From: Mobula hypostoma | Taxonomy: Eukaryota | Length of the DNA stretch: 64,000 nucleotides | Assembly (NCBI RefSeq): GCF_963921235.1 | Contig: NC_086108.1 | Span: 66,156,001 to 66,220,000 of the forward strand | Direction of reading: 5' to 3' | Shown here: piece by piece, positions 26,205 to 40,656 of the stretch | Layout of the letters: the number at the start of each line of letters is the position of its first letter | Position numbering within the stretch: position 1 is the first letter of the stretch | Made by a program: the position numbers and the translations under genes | The notes under the pieces: model-generated | Database searches by the model: none | What the model was told of the DNA's origin: nothing | The model's input: the letters and a program-made list of their open reading frames with translations, nothing else

Positions 26205-27350
26205 TAATTTTACTTGGAAGTGAGTGGGGACGGAATAGAGTTTATCAACTATGTTCAGGCAAGTTTCTTGAATCAATATATAGAGGTCCCAACTACAGAG
26301 AGTATGATACTGAATCTCCTGCTAGGGAATGAGATAGGGCAGGTGACAGGTGATCATAATTCCATTAGCTTCAAGATAGTTATGGAGATGGATAGGACTG
26401 TTCCTCAGATTGAGAGTCTAAGTTTGAGTTTAGTTAACTTTGATGGCATCAGAAAGGGTCTGACGTGGGGTGGATTGGGACAGGTTGTTTTCTGGCAAAG
26501 AGACATTTGCTAAGTGAAATATTGAGAACACAGAGTAGTATAGTCCTGTTAGAATAAAAGAAAAGCTTTTTAAACACTTTCAGGGGATTTTAGCTTTTAA
26601 GGGATATTGAGGCCCTAATTAAGAAGAAGGAGGTGCATAGCAGGTACAGAACATAGAATGGAGAGCACTACAGCACCGTACAGGCCCTTCAGCCTTTAAT
26701 GTTGTTCCAACCCTTTAACCCACTCCAAAATCAATCTATCTTTTTCCTCTCACATAGACCTCCATTTGTCTATCTAAGAGTCTCATAAATGTCCCTAACT
26801 CATCTGCCTCTACCATTATCGCTGTCAGAGTTTTCCATGCACCTACATAAAAACCTATCTTTTATACCCCCACCATACTCCCCTCCAAACATCTCAAAAT
26901 TATGTCCCCTCATGTTAGGAAAAAGCCCCTGACTGTCCATTGTACCTTTGCCTCTTGTCATGTATACCTCTATCAAGTCACTTCTCATTCTCCTCCTCTT
27001 GAAAGAGGCTGACTCAACCTCATAAAACTTGTTCTGTTGTCCAACCAGAGCTTTGCATAGCAGCAATGTAGCCATGCAGTTTTTGAACTCAGTCACCTGA
27101 TTAATGTAGGCCAACCCACCATATACCTTCTTAACCACCTGATCAGCTTGCGCAGCAACTTTGTGGGATCTATGGATGTGCTATGAGCTGCCAGTAAAAG
27201 TGGAGGATACAGCTTCAATTGTAACATTTAAGAGAAGCTTGGATAGGAGCATGGATGGGAGGGGTAAGGTGTGAGGGTCAATAGTACTCGGCAGAATAAC
27301 AATTCAGCATGGACTAGGTGGGCTGAAGGCCTGTTGCTGTGCTGTGGTTG
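26205..27350. mobile_element. Old CR1 fragments: plus-strand piece with a minus-strand CR1 3' end nested at about 26648-27180
   Basis: ORF 26214..26513 (APE C-terminus, GDHNSISF) and ORF 26800..27138 (RRRMRSDLIEVY..RGHNF). Confidence 0.7.
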
Positions 27351-27567
27351 TTAATGAATCGGTGAGTCTTTAAAACAGAATTTTAGCAAAGGGTACCTTT
27401 TCAATTAATAAGGTCAATATATGAAAATCTGTATAGAGTAATTCATCCTTTAAGGAAATTCATTGTTATACAGTATACTTCCACTAACTTTTGTTATTTC
27501 TTATATTTTGAAGTTGTACTCTTATGATGCTTTCTTGAAATTAAAAGTGCTATATGATTTTATAATT

Positions 27568-27902
27568 AGAACATAGAACAGTACAGCACAGTACAGGCCC
27601 TTTGGCCCACAATGTTGTGCCGACCCTCAACCCCTGCCTCCCATATAACCCCCCACCTTAAATTCCTCCATATACCTGTCTAGTAGTCTCTTAAACTTCA
27701 TGAGTGTATCTGCCTCCACCACTGACTCAGGCAGTGGATTCCACGCACCAACCACTCTCTGAGTAAAAAACCTTCCTCTAATATCCCCTTTGAACTTCCC
27801 ACCCCTTACCTTAAAGCCATGTCCTGTTGTATTGAGCAGTGGTGCCCTGGGGAAGAGGCGCTGGCTATCCACTCTATCTATTCCTCTTAATATCTTGTAT
27901 AC
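27568..27902 (-). mobile_element. Young CR1 3' end
   Basis: VYKILRGIDRVDSQRLFP..GHGFKVRGGKFKGDIRGRFFTQRVVGAWN, with the 3' tail read as AGAACATAGAAC on the plus strand. Confidence 0.9.
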
Positions 27903-30163
27903 AATATCTTCTATAATTCTAGATTGTGCAGTTGTAATTTTAAATAAATTGTTGGTGTTCATCATTGTGTTACGCAATTGGTAGTAATATCTGCTGCAAA
28001 CATAGCTTAACACCAAAATTCCAGCTACTGTCTGCAACTTGGCCCTCTCTCACAGGTAGCACTAATTTGCAGCTTTCTCCACTGCAATCAAGGGTAACCG
28101 ATAATTTCCTGAAAACTTCAGTTCTTCAAAATCTTTTCAGTTCCTGTATTGGTGCACTGATCAAGTGATAGAGGTGCTAAATCAGACTGGAAATACGGGC
28201 TTATATTACAAGCTCCATGAAAAACCAGCTGGCTAATGCTATCATATAAACCAAATAGCATGGGTCTAGGCATTGTCTGATTTGATTGACAGGTTGCAAG
28301 GTCTAGACAATGTACAAAAATGAATTTGTCTCTAACTTCATGTGCAAGATAGTGCTGAATCAGAAGTGCATCATTTCCACCCTGTACAAATTTTCCCAGC
28401 AATATTCTACGTAAACTTTGTAAAATGATTAACTTCTCTCTGTACACGTCCAAGGTGGCATATGGATGATGTTTCATGAATATGCATTGTAATAGGAAAT
28501 GCCTGATCTAATGTCCAGGCTAACATATTTCAGAACTATAAGCTGCACTATCATAATTCATCTAGAAAAATATAATTTTCAATTGCATAGAGTTAAAAAA
28601 GCAGTATTTGAATAATTAATTGCTAGGCACAGGAATTTAAGAATTAATCTCACTGTGAAATATCTTAAAAATATTGCTTGCCCATGATGAAAGAGAACCT
28701 AATGGTGCACAATGTTATTAATATTCCTTGGCCCTAAGACACTAGTCAAATGCACTGTAAATCACTTGGAAAAACACTTAAAATTTACAACATTATGATA
28801 TATATTTCTGTATTATTTTAGCAAAGTTTATTTAGGGTATTTTAGCTTCTAACTTAATAATATATTAATGTTTCAATATTTATCTCATACTCTTCAAATT
28901 ATTTAGAGTATTAGCTACAATCTCTTCATGTTCCCACCTGCATCTGTGAGAATTCTTCAAAATAATTGGCTGGTCAGGCAGCTCTATGACATCATGGTTT
29001 GTGTGATGGCCAAAAGCAAATGGCATTGTGAAAGGGAAAGACCTTGGCATAAAATATTACTAGACTTATGTAAGTACACTCATGTTACCACTAACTGTAA
29101 AATCCAAAACATTATTTTGTTTTTTTTTAATTGTAGGAATGAGTATTGCATTGAATTGACAGTTCTGGTATGATGAAGTTACTAGATTTTTTTAATAGGA
29201 AACAACAAAAGTTGTTTTGGTAAAGTCACAGGAGTCATTTATTTCAGAATAAGTGTCAAAGTTGTAGGAGACTGAATTGTTTCAACATAGCATCAAGAGG
29301 TTACTGAACCACAAATCAACACATGGGTGTTTCCTTGAACATAACGAGAGAAAAAAAAACTCAAAGAAGACTAATACTGTTATTCAAAGGGCACATTCTC
29401 AACAAAGCTATTTTTTGTTTGAAAGTAAATGTTGCTAGGGTGGGACTGGGAATGTCTGGGGTGCACGAGAGCAGTTGTTAGATGAAGTAGTGGCAGAAAT
29501 GGCATGGAAGTACAATGTAACAGGAAAAATGAAAAAAAAACACAAAAGATTCAATATAGTGGATCACTGCATTTCCATCTTGACGATCCCCATTCATCAA
29601 CTTCCACTGAATGCATTCTTTGTTTTTGTATGGGATGTAAAGGGGGAGGGGGAATGGGGATGCAGGAATCCTAAATTGCATAAGTCTACCTCCTAACAGC
29701 CAATCATGGTTTGGCATTGCCTGTAGTTATAGAAAAAGTTACATGCTGTTGAAAGAATATTTCAGCCTACATCTAGAAACCAAGTCTTGCAGCAGGCAAT
29801 AGGTGCCACTGAAATCACTTGCTGGAATTCATAGAACTCCAATGATTTAATTTATCCTTAAAAGAATATTGAAGCAGCCAAATTTTCAACTGTAATCAAT
29901 TATTATTGATCTATCAGTGGACAATTTTAAAATTATCTTTTTGATACGTGCAATATGAAAACAGTAATGCATCAGCATGTATTGTTGTATAAGAAGGTTT
30001 TGGGTAAAGCCAAGATTGTACTTACTGGTTAGAGAGTGATTGATGCTGTGAATTTTTCTCCCTGCATCTAAAATGAATTAAGATGTTAAATGGTTTATTC
30101 CCGAGTAAAGGAGAACAGTGTAGAGGCAGAAGGTTTTCCATTGTGGTGATAATGCATTATTAA

Positions 30164-32345
30164 GACCATAATAATATAAGACCATAAGATATAGAAGCAG
30201 AAATAGCCAATTTGGCCCATTGAGTCTGCTCTGCCATTTCATCATGGCAGCTCCAATTTTCCTCGTAGCTTTCTCCCCATACCTCTTCATGCTCTGACCA
30301 ATCAAGAATCAACCTCTGCCTTAAATATACATAAAAACTTGGCTTCTGCAGCTGCCTGTGGCAAAGAATTCCATAGATTCACTATTGTCAGGCTGAAGAA
30401 ATTCCTCCTCATCTTCCTTGTAAAAGGACACTCCTCTATTCTGAGGCTGGTCTTATGCCCTCCACCATCCACTCTATCAAGGCCTTTCACCATTGATAGG
30501 TTTCAATGAGGTCAACTCTCATTTTTCTGAAATCTAGTAAATATAGGCCCAGAGCCATGAAATGCTCTTCATATGACAAGCCATATTGTGGAATCATTTT
30601 CATGAACCTCCTTTGAACCCTTTCCAAATTTAGCACATCCTTTCTAAAATAAGGGGCCCAAGACTGCTCACAGTGAGGTCTCATCAATGCTCTATAAAGT
30701 CTCAACATTACACCCTTGCATTTATATTTCAGTTGTCTTGAAATGAATGCTAACATTGCATTTACCTTCCTCCCACTGTAATATTGATGCATCTACCTTC
30801 AGCTTCTTGTTCTCAAATTTCAGGGTGAATTTGATAATATTATGATCATATTCCCCTTAGGGCTCTTTTACCTTAAGCTCTCTCATCAAGCCTGGTTCAC
30901 TGCACAACACCCAATCCAGAATTGATGATCTCCTAGTGAGCTCAACCATGAGCTGCTCTAAAAAGCCATCTTGTATACACTCTAGAAATTCCTCCTTGTG
31001 GAATCCAGCACAAACTAGATTTTCCCAATTTACCTGCATATTGAACTTCCCCTTCCCCATGACTATTGTAATATTGCCCCTTTGGCATGCATTTTCTCTC
31101 CTGTTGTAATTTATAGACCACATCCTTACTACTATTTGGGGGTCTATATACAACTCCCACCAGGGTATTTTTACCCTTGCAGTTCCTTAGCTCTATCCAC
31201 AATGATTCAACACCTTCACCTTTTTCTAATGATGTTATTTCAATTTTACCAACAGAGCAATGCCATCCGCTCTGCCTTCCTGACTATCCTTTGATACAAT
31301 GTGTATCCTTGGACATTAAGCTCCCAGCTATAATTTTCTTTCAGCCATGATTCAGTGATGCCTACAACATCATACATGACAATCTACAACTGTGCGACAT
31401 GTTCATCTACCTTATTCCATATACAATGTGCATTAAAGTATAATACCTTCAGTCTTGTATTCACTCTTTTCAATTTTGTCTGCCTTTTTTGTTGCACTTC
31501 ATCCAGTTGCTTGCAATTTTGCCTTATCAACAGCCTCTCCTCATTACACATTGCCTATGTTTGTAAACCAGCTACCTCATCGTCAGCAATATCATCCACT
31601 TTCCTACGATACTTCTTGCATTGGAATATATGCAGCTCTGGACACTGGATGCACCCTGCTCAAACTTTTTACTTCTAACTTTGTCTGAGGTCTTACCAAC
31701 ATCTGCTTCCACAACCTCTCCACTAACTGTTTTAGTGCTCTGGTTCCCTTCCCCTTGCAACTCTAGTTTAAACCCCACCGTGCAGCGCTAACAAACCTTC
31801 CCACTAGGTTAATAGTCCTCCTCCAGTTCTGGTGCAAACTGTCCCATCTGTACAGTCACATATTCCCTGGAAGAGTGCCCAGTGACTCAAAAATCTTATG
31901 TCCTCCTCCTACACCAATTCCTTTGCCATGTATTAATTAGTGTAATCTTCCTAGTTCTGGCCTTACTAGCATGTAGCATAGGTAGCAATCCTGAGATCAC
32001 AACCCTGGAGGTCCTGCCCTTTAACTTAGCACCTATCTCCCTGAATACCCTGTGCAGAACCTTCTCACTTGTCCTACCCAAGTCATTGGTATCTCCATGG
32101 ACCACCACTTCTGGCTGTTCACCCTCCCACTTAAGAATGCTGAGGATTCGATCCGAGATATCTGGGAATCTCGTTCTCATCCACAGAACCTCCTGTCTGG
32201 TTCCCTAATTAACAAATCCCCTATCACCACAGGTACCATTTTCTCCCCCTTTTCCCTCTGAGTCACAGAGTCAGACTCAGTGCCAGAGACCCAACCACTG
32301 GGAATTTCCTCTGACAGTAACCACCCCCCCCCCCAACAGTATCCA
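30164..32345 (-). mobile_element. Decayed, internally deleted CR1 including ORF1 (SGNH esterase-like) and ORF2 remnants
   Basis: ORF1-like VVIGDLLIREPDRRFCG and EQPEVVVHGDTNDLGR..SRVVISGLLP. ORF2 start CIYSNARSI, VYRPPNS and a CR1 C-terminus. (TCTTATGG)-type tail at about 30164-30190. Confidence 0.85.
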
Positions 32346-32544
32346 AAGTGATGCTGTATGTATTGCATGTTTTGTATGTACACTATGTTCCGGAAAAATG
32401 TTGTTTTGTTTGATTGTACATATGTACAGTCAGACGGCGATAAATTTGAACTTGAACTTTATGCCTATATTGTACAGCTAAGTACTGCTCCGTTGTTGTA
32501 TTTAAGTTTGCTACTGATATTACTGTTGTTGGCCAAATCCAATG

Positions 32545-33425
32545 TGGTAATAAATTGGCATATAGGAAGGAGACTGAATATCTGGTTGAGCGGTACCATA
32601 ACAGCAATCTTTCACTCAATCTTAGCAAAACCGAAGAGCTGCTTATCGACTACAGCAAAAAGAAGCTGCAGGTCAGTGAACCAGTCCTTATTTGGGGATC
32701 AGATGTGGAGAGTGTCAGTAGCTCTATATATCTGGGCATTGACAATCAGAGGATTTGTCACAAAGAAGGCATGACAGCACCTGTACTTTCTTAGAAATCT
32801 GCACAGATTTGGCATGTCACCAAAACCTTTGACATACTTCTAAAGATGCACAATGGAAAGTATCCTAACTGATTTCATCATGGACTGTTATGGAAACACC
32901 AGTGCCCAAGAATGGAAAATTCTACATCAAATGATAGATACTGACAAGTCCCTCACAGGCAATTTCCCCTCCACCATAGAGTACACTTACAAGGAGCAGT
33001 GACATAAGAAAGCAGCATCCATCATCAAAAACTCCCACCATCTAGGCCATGCTCTCTTCTTGCTACTACTTACCAAACAGGGGTACAGAAGCCTTAGGCC
33101 CCACACCACCAGGTTCAGGAACAGTTATTACCTTACAACCATCATGCTTCTGAACCGATGTAGATAACTTCACTGACCACAACTCCAAACTTATTCCGCA
33201 ACCTAAAAGGATTCTTTTACAAATCATGTTCTCAGTATCATTATTATATTTTTATTTTGCACAATTTATATACTTTTTTACATTCGTTGTTTGCCAGTCT
33301 TTGTTTATGTATGGTTTTTCATAGATTCTATTGCATTTCTTTATTTTTCCAGCAAGGGAAAAAGAATCTCAAGGCAGCATATGGCGACATATACGTTGTA
33401 CTTTGACAATAAATTTACTTTGAAA
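32545..33425 (+). mobile_element. Rex1/Babar-type LINE 3' fragment
   Basis: AYRKETEYLVERYHNSNLSLNLSKTEELLIDY and the KKAASIIKNSHHLGHALF region. The 3' UTR ends AATAAATTTACTTTGAA. Confidence 0.75.
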
Positions 33426-34409
33426 TTATACCAAGTGCAAAGACTTCCTGCAGTCTAGTAACATGAGAATCATATAGGCATTTTCTTTGCTACTCTGAAG
33501 CAAAGGCAAAATCAATATCCTATTGTTTTACTGTAAAATCCATTTGAATTTCAAATAATGTTCATCTCACAATTTTGAGCAGAAATACTGAAAATCACAA
33601 CAAAATATCAATATATCTGTCACCAGATAATGTTATTTGGGAAAATCAAATGGCTCTACACTGCTCTCATGAGGCGGGAGAAGGCCCAGTAAAAGCAAAA
33701 ATGAACTGGAGCTCTTTGACTCCCAAGAAATTATCATTGCTGTTAGACACTTTGAGAGGGGAGTGGGGAGACCCACAGCTTAGCATATACAGCAGAGAGC
33801 TGCCCTATTGGTCCTACAAGAATAAACCAGAACTTATCTTTGATGGCTTTCCTCTCACCATTCTGTCTCAGCATAACCATCTATATATTCTCCTTCATTT
33901 AGTTACCTATAAACACATCTATTTATCTCTAACACTCTCTATTTTCTTGAGTTGCAATGTTTCATATTCACTTCTTATTTAATTTCTTGGTAAATCTATT
34001 GTATTGCTAGTCTTTAGCTTTGATCTTCCCCACCAGGTTATTTATAGTAGGCGGCATGGCATTGGTGAGGGTGCAGAGATTTAAAAGGATGTGCCATGAG
34101 TTACGAGTACAAACAGTAAACATTAGGATTGTTTCTGTTGGAGACTTGATATTTAATTAGGGTGTACAGAATAATAAGAGGCCTATACAGGTTCGCAAGC
34201 AAAACATACAGTGTTTCTGTTGGCAGACTGGTTGATAACAAGGGGACTTGGAATTATGTTAAGTGAAGATTAGAAAACATGCGACGAACAATGTTTTTAT
34301 GTAAAAAGGATGTGAGTGCTTGGATCTCACTGAATAAAGGATAATAGAGGCAGAAATCCTCAGCACATTTAAAAGGTATCACGAAAAGCACTGGGAAAAG
34401 TGTAATAGA

Positions 34410-34502
34410 AGAAGAAAATGCCTAGAATACTTAGAAGTCAGGCAGCATCGATGCAGAGAGAAAAAGTTAATTTTCAGGTTAAATCTCTTCATCAGGACTG
34501 TA
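34410..34502 (-). mobile_element. Decayed Penelope pLTR end
   Basis: GTCAGGCAGCATCGATG..TTTTCAGGTTAAATCTCTTCATCAGGACT is the reverse of a hammerhead-bearing pLTR. Confidence 0.55.
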
Positions 34503-34614
34503 AAAGTTAAAAAAAAAAGGAGTTTAAATTGCAGAGATTTGGAAGAATCAAAGGGAAGAATCTGTGATAGCGTAAAGATTATGATTGTTCATGTGATGGG
34601 GTTTAACCCAGATA

Positions 34615-35295
34615 GATGTTAGATGTTGCACCTTAGTAGGGTGAATGCAAGGAGGCAGTACACTGTTAAAGGCAAAACCAAGTTCATAACTCTACGAAAG
34701 TGACCTCACAGGTCGATAGGTGGTTTAGTAGGATTATGAAATGTTTGCTTTTATTAGTCGAGGCACTGAGTTCAAAAGTCATGAGGTTATGTTGCAACTT
34801 TATAAAACTCTGGTTAGACCACAGCTGGTGTATTCAATACAGTTCTGGTCACCCTGCTATAGGGAGGATGTTGAGGCTTTGGAGAGGATGCCTAAGAGGT
34901 TTACCAGGATGCTGCCTGGTTTAGAAGGCATGTACATTCATGAGAGGCTGGACAAACTGGAGTTGTTTTCTTTTCCCAGGGTAAAAATGTCTAATACCAG
35001 AGGGCATGCATTGAAGGTAAGAGGGGGTAGGTTCAAAGGCGATGTCAGGGGTAAATTTTTACTCAGAGAGTGGTGGATGCCTGGAATGCATTGCCTGGTA
35101 TTGCGAGGTAAATACATTAGAGGCTTTCAAGAGATGTTTAGATAGGCACATGAATGTGAGGAGGATGGAGGGATGTGGACATTGTATACGTAGAAGGGAT
35201 TAGTCTTTGTCTTTTTAAAATTTACTTTTTAGCTGGTTTGGCAAAACACTGTGGGCCAAAGGACCTGTTCCTATGCTGTACTGGTCTATGTTCTG
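34615..35295 (+). mobile_element. CR1 3' fragment
   Basis: ORF 34741..35145: MLQLYKTLVRPQLVYSIQFWSP..TRGHALKVRGGRFKGDVRG. Confidence 0.85.
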
Positions 35296-36737
35296 TGATA
35301 TATTTACATATGACACCAGCAAATGCTTGTCAGTCGTTGCTGGTCTGAATGGCGGAGTACAAGCAGAGTGAAATGAATGAGATTAATATTAATACAGAGA
35401 GAGAGAAAGAAACAACTGACATGTTGCAACGGTGGACTGTGGAGCACTGCTGGTGCAGGAGATCTAAAAGACAGTGTTGGACATACACAACAGCTCAAGG
35501 CACAGGCTGCTGTCTCAAAGACATACCTAGGATCAAGGATAACAATCAGGAGCAGGTACTTGGCTGATTCCCTAATAGAAAACCAGGGCCTCTTGCAGTG
35601 CCACATTTTATTCTCTTGTCTTTCTTGTGATACAGCAAGCCTCCCTCATGTCAGCTGTCAGATCAATCCTATTTCCTCACATATTTCATCTACCCTAGAT
35701 GTAGTCCTCTCTAAATCCCCTACACATTGTCTCGGAAAGGTACCTAAACTGATGGCGGCAATTTATCTTACCTTTGGTTTGTAGCTTCTTTTGAATATTA
35801 TGGACCAATCTCAAAAAATATTTAAATAGTCATTCCAATGATTGAGCTCATGGGCTTCTCTCTCCGGTGGTTTGCCATCAGATATATCAAGCTGATGCAC
35901 AAGCAGGGCTGGCAGACATCAAGAAGTTATTTGGGCAACCATTACATAGTGAAAAGCTGCCACATCTGCTCTGATGGAGTACTGCTGAAATCTGCTAAGT
36001 GTCACCAGTATCTATGGAACAGCTCTTAGAATAAGACTGAAAGCCACATCATCATGCTTAGCGAATGCTAAATTAGTACACCCCAGGGACTAAAGCTTGG
36101 GTCTGCCAGATACATATTTCTCAGTATCACCATCTCTATTACTGTTACCATATTAACCACTAGGAAATTGTCCTGAAGTGCTTCAAGCTCCTAATTTTTA
36201 TTTGCTGATGCCACATGCTGAATCCAGCGTCTCCTATTGTACACATTCAAATTATCTCCCATATTTGCTACGAATATTTAAAAATACAAAACAAAACATT
36301 TCAGTATTTGACATCAACATTAAATATGCATTCAAAGTAGTGGTATATGATTTACAACCAAATTGATAATTCAACATTTTTACTGAAATTATTCTCTTAA
36401 CTTATTTATTATATATTGTATATTCTTTATGACATTCAGTACTGCTGCAGCTGTAAGTCTTCTGTCACCAACAATTGCTACATTCATTCTATTTTTCATC
36501 ATGGAAGACACTGAGATTTGCTTAGAAGGAGTTAGGTAACATTTATCAGGCAATGACAAGTGCTTAAAATTGTTTCCATGGCAGAAATCCAAGCACTCCA
36601 CTGGGTTAAATCTTCACAGCTTTCATTGTATGTGCTGACTAGCACTAGGCAAGAGAATATGAATGAATGGATAAAGTGAGTGATGACAATAGAAAGAAGC
36701 AGACAGTGCACAAATCAGCTACTTGACCCTGAGCAAC

Positions 36738-36739
<2 letters not shown>

Positions 36740-36780
<41 letters not shown>

Positions 36781-36805
36781 AGAGAAAGAGAAGAGAAAAG
36801 AGAGA
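36740..36805. repeat. (GA)n / (GAAAGA)n purine microsatellite
   Basis: Read directly from the sequence. Confidence 0.95.
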
Positions 36806-39800
36806 CTGTCATGATAAATAACTTCAGCCAAGTATCCCTTTTCCTTTTTATAACACCCTTGGAAGGATCACTTTTTCCAGATCAGGGCCGGCAGCTCCAC
36901 ATATTGACATAGCAATAATTTCTAATGAGATTTTCTTGCATTTGTGTGGGAGATGTGAACATTGTGTACACAGATGCAGCATGGGCCACCATGCTGGGGG
37001 CTGAAGCACTCAGTGCCTCTTCTTAGCCTGAACTGTCAGGTCCCCAGACAGATTCCTTCCAACCTGGGGGGAAGCAGGCAAGCCTTCTCACCTCTGAACT
37101 TTATGCGAAGCTGTTTACCTTGGCAAGGAGAAGTGGCAGATTTACAGATGTTAAATACAGTCCTGAGGGGTCTGGAGGCATTCCTAAATTTTAATCACCT
37201 AATTTAAAAATTGCACAGCAAAGACCAGAGGTGACCTGTTGCATCTCGTTGAGTGTGAACTGACTAAAAAATAAAAAATGAATTGTGAAAGCAAAAGAGA
37301 AAAAAATGGAACTACTTTTTATTTTAATATTATAATGAAAGAAAGTGTGATTTAATAAATTAATCCATAGCACCTCATGCACCAGATGGTTTCTCCTCAG
37401 GCATTTCCTGCTGGCGTGTAATACCCCTGGTAACCCCAACTCCCCCAGTCTCCACATGCTTCATGAGCCATTCATCTTCTGGTTTGATTTTACCTGTCAG
37501 GGAATATTGTTCCAAACCAATTTTTTTGCACATATTGAATTGAGGACGCTTGTGACCAATGTTCGATGTCATGTCCAGGTCACAGCACAAGGAAAAAAAA
37601 TGGTTGTATCTTTATTGATTCTCCTCCTCAAAAGCATTAAACTGATAACAGAGAGTAAATGCTGAAGTCCGTAAAACCTGGATTTAGTGGTTATGCCTCC
37701 GCTGGCTTGTCATAGTTCCTTAAAAGACACAACTCATATTTTATTTTACAGATAATGTTGTTAACAATGTTTCACAGAGGATTTATTAACTTTTAATTAG
37801 ATTCTTATGGCAGACTAAGATAGAACAACCCCGCCCCCCACTGCACTTGCATTTTGATGTGAGTGTGTGCATGTACACATAAGATGACAGCATTCCCTTA
37901 CAAGCATAACCAAGGGAAAGTGGAGCTCACTGTGACCACACAGGCTTAGGAACATTTTAACCAACTGCTGAGTCCAGTTGTTGACCACCTGCAATGTTTG
38001 TTTAATATTTGTCAAATTTATGAAGACCATAGCTAATGTGGAATAATAACATGTGTGTTCCAGATTAAACGACTCTGGCTCGAGGCCATTTCTGATATGG
38101 TCACTTAGAGTCAGACCTAATCCTTTCAATTTCTCAACAAATTCTTAAATTCTGAGAAGAGTCATTAAAGAGCTAGACAGCAAAATGATTAAATGAGAGG
38201 CAGGGCTGTAAAAACATAAATGTAAGGATTTTCAGTGCAGAAATTAGTGATCCTGACAACATCTGCAAAATGCATTAGTTGTTTGATTGGCCCCTGTTAA
38301 ACAAAGATGGGATTAGATTTCATACATTTGCTGTGGGAGGCAATCTAAAGTTTCAGTTTGATGATTTAGTCAGGTGTAAGCATGAAGTTTCCAATTTAGA
38401 CAAATAAATCTGAGTGATTTTATTATCTTCATTTTTTCCCTGACACTCCACTAACCCCTTCTCCCTATCATGCTTACATGATCTATTTACTAGAATTGGA
38501 GTTTGATTGATAAGCTCACAGCCCCTGTTCTACTCCCCTTTTTTTTAAACTATTTCCATATTTTTTCATCCTTTTACACAACCTAAGTGAACTCTTTACT
38601 GTATCATCTTCTCCTATTAATTTTCTTCTGCTATTCTCTATTTTATTTTTTCTTTCTAGATAATATTTGGAGATTGTGCCCAGGTAGAAGTTACTACTGT
38701 AACATTTTTGTCTTGTTACTGCAAAACACAACTGACGAATAAACACAATGGCTTGTAAGAAATTGTATTTCCCCTGAATTCTTAGCTTGTGCTCCTTATT
38801 AATTTAATATAAACACTCTAATGAAGATTTGCTGCATTTGATACTTCAGAGGATTTATTCGTTTAAATTTATTAATATATTTATTCATTTAATACTTTTT
38901 GAAACTGTCAAAGTCAGAGGATGTATTCAGTTTCATTAAGACATCACTGATAAGCAGGCTTAATTTCTTTTTGTTTTTATATTTCCTATTGTTCTCATCT
39001 CAGAAACAAAAAACGCTTTCTTTCTCTAATGCTTCCTTCAGTATTTACTGTCTTGCTCTTACTGCATTTCACTGTTTGTGGGTCTGTACCTCTCTCCTTG
39101 ACTGTTCTCTGTCTTATTCCAGTACTATGCTCATCCATGCTATTTTTCATCCTTCCATCTCTCAATCTCTTCAATTGCCTGGCAAACTCTAGCTCAGGTA
39201 ATTTGAAATGATTGAAACCCAAGAGGGCTAACAGGCATCACATACTGTTGACGTGTTTCTGAGTAAGTGAGATTAGCAAATCTGTAGATAGACTACAATT
39301 TCTACTGCAGTCACTTAAAGCTAAACTTAAGACATTTCAACACCAGCATAAACTGTCAGTTGTGAGATCATTAAAATGAACATACAAAATTAAAATTCAG
39401 CCACATATGTCTATCTGATTAGCTCTTCTGCAAAGTAGGAAAGAAAACGTTTTAAATCATCTTTATTGTGCTTTAGTGAAACTGTCAATAGACATCAAGC
39501 TACCCTTTAAAATAAGTCAAAATGATTTACCCTATAAATTAGCTTGCTGTTTTCTTTGACCAAAAGAATTGCCCATGTGGTGAGACTTCCTATGGGAGGG
39601 GATGTGGCTAGTCTCTAAATTTATCTGCTGTGTTTGTCTTTTCGAAAGGCAACACTGAAAGATTAACAAATCTGTCAGTGAGGGAACTGAATGATGTGTC
39701 AAAGCTGTGGGACAATGTGTACTATTCATTCCTGGCATTTCTTAATGAGAGAGTCGATGTATACTGAATTCTGTGGCTTCAGGCCTCCAGTAAAATGCAC

Positions 39801-40192
39801 TGCATGCAAAAATCCACTTAAAAACTTACCCTTGCTCACAACCAAGCTCCCTAAGTGTATTTGCCCTTTCCTGAAGGTTAAGTTGTCCTAACAGGTGCTA
39901 ATTTTTGTTTTCTCATGGAGCCTTGTCCACGTTAGAAGCAACTGTGAACAAACAAAAAAGCCAATTAGAGCACAAGGGCACTGCTTGCTATACCCTTCTC
40001 CCTGCAGTGACCAGCTGAACCCCAATCAGTCACCTTAAGCTATCGTCTGATCCCCTCAGCTAGTTTGAGAAGTGTCAGACCCCTGTCCTCTTTGGGGAAA
40101 TGCTGTCATAATGGCATGGGAAAATACTGTCATGGACAAGTGGCTTTTCCCCTGCTAAAATGAATTTGTCGTCAGCTAACATGCATACTGTA

Positions 40193-40656
40193 TGAGGGGT
40201 GATTGATAAGTTTGTGGCCTAAAGTAGAAGGAGTCAATTTTAGAAAACCTAGCACATTTATTTTTCCTACATTTACACTTAGTCCAGCAGTCGTGGAGCA
40301 AATGGATCCCTTCTTTGTAGAAGTCGGCATCTTGGACCTCCAGAGTGGTCCACAGCAGGGCTGATTGATAAGTTCGTGGCCTAAGGTAGAAGGACATAAG
40401 TTATCAACTTCAAACTTTCTGCATTTTCACTCAAAGAGCTGAACTGCACATGTAACTAGAGCTGTATAACTCATCTCCTACCTTAGGCCACAAACTTATC
40501 AATCACCCCTGCTGTGGACCATTTCTACAAAGAAGGGATCCGTATGCTCCACAACCGCTGAATTAAGTGTGTACATGTAGCAAAAAAATAAATGTGCTAG
40601 GTTTTCTAAAATTGACTCCTTCTAACTTAGGTCACAAACTTATCAATCACCCCTCC
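40193..40656. mobile_element. Mariner-derived non-autonomous element (MITE) with TA target-site duplication
   Basis: TA at 40191-40192 and 40657-40658. Inverted ends of about 70 bp begin (C/T)GAGGGGTGATTGATAAGTTTGTGGCCTAA. The internal DADFYKEGIHLLHDCWTKC matches the mariner transposase C-terminal FY..GI..L..RW.KC. Confidence 0.9.
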
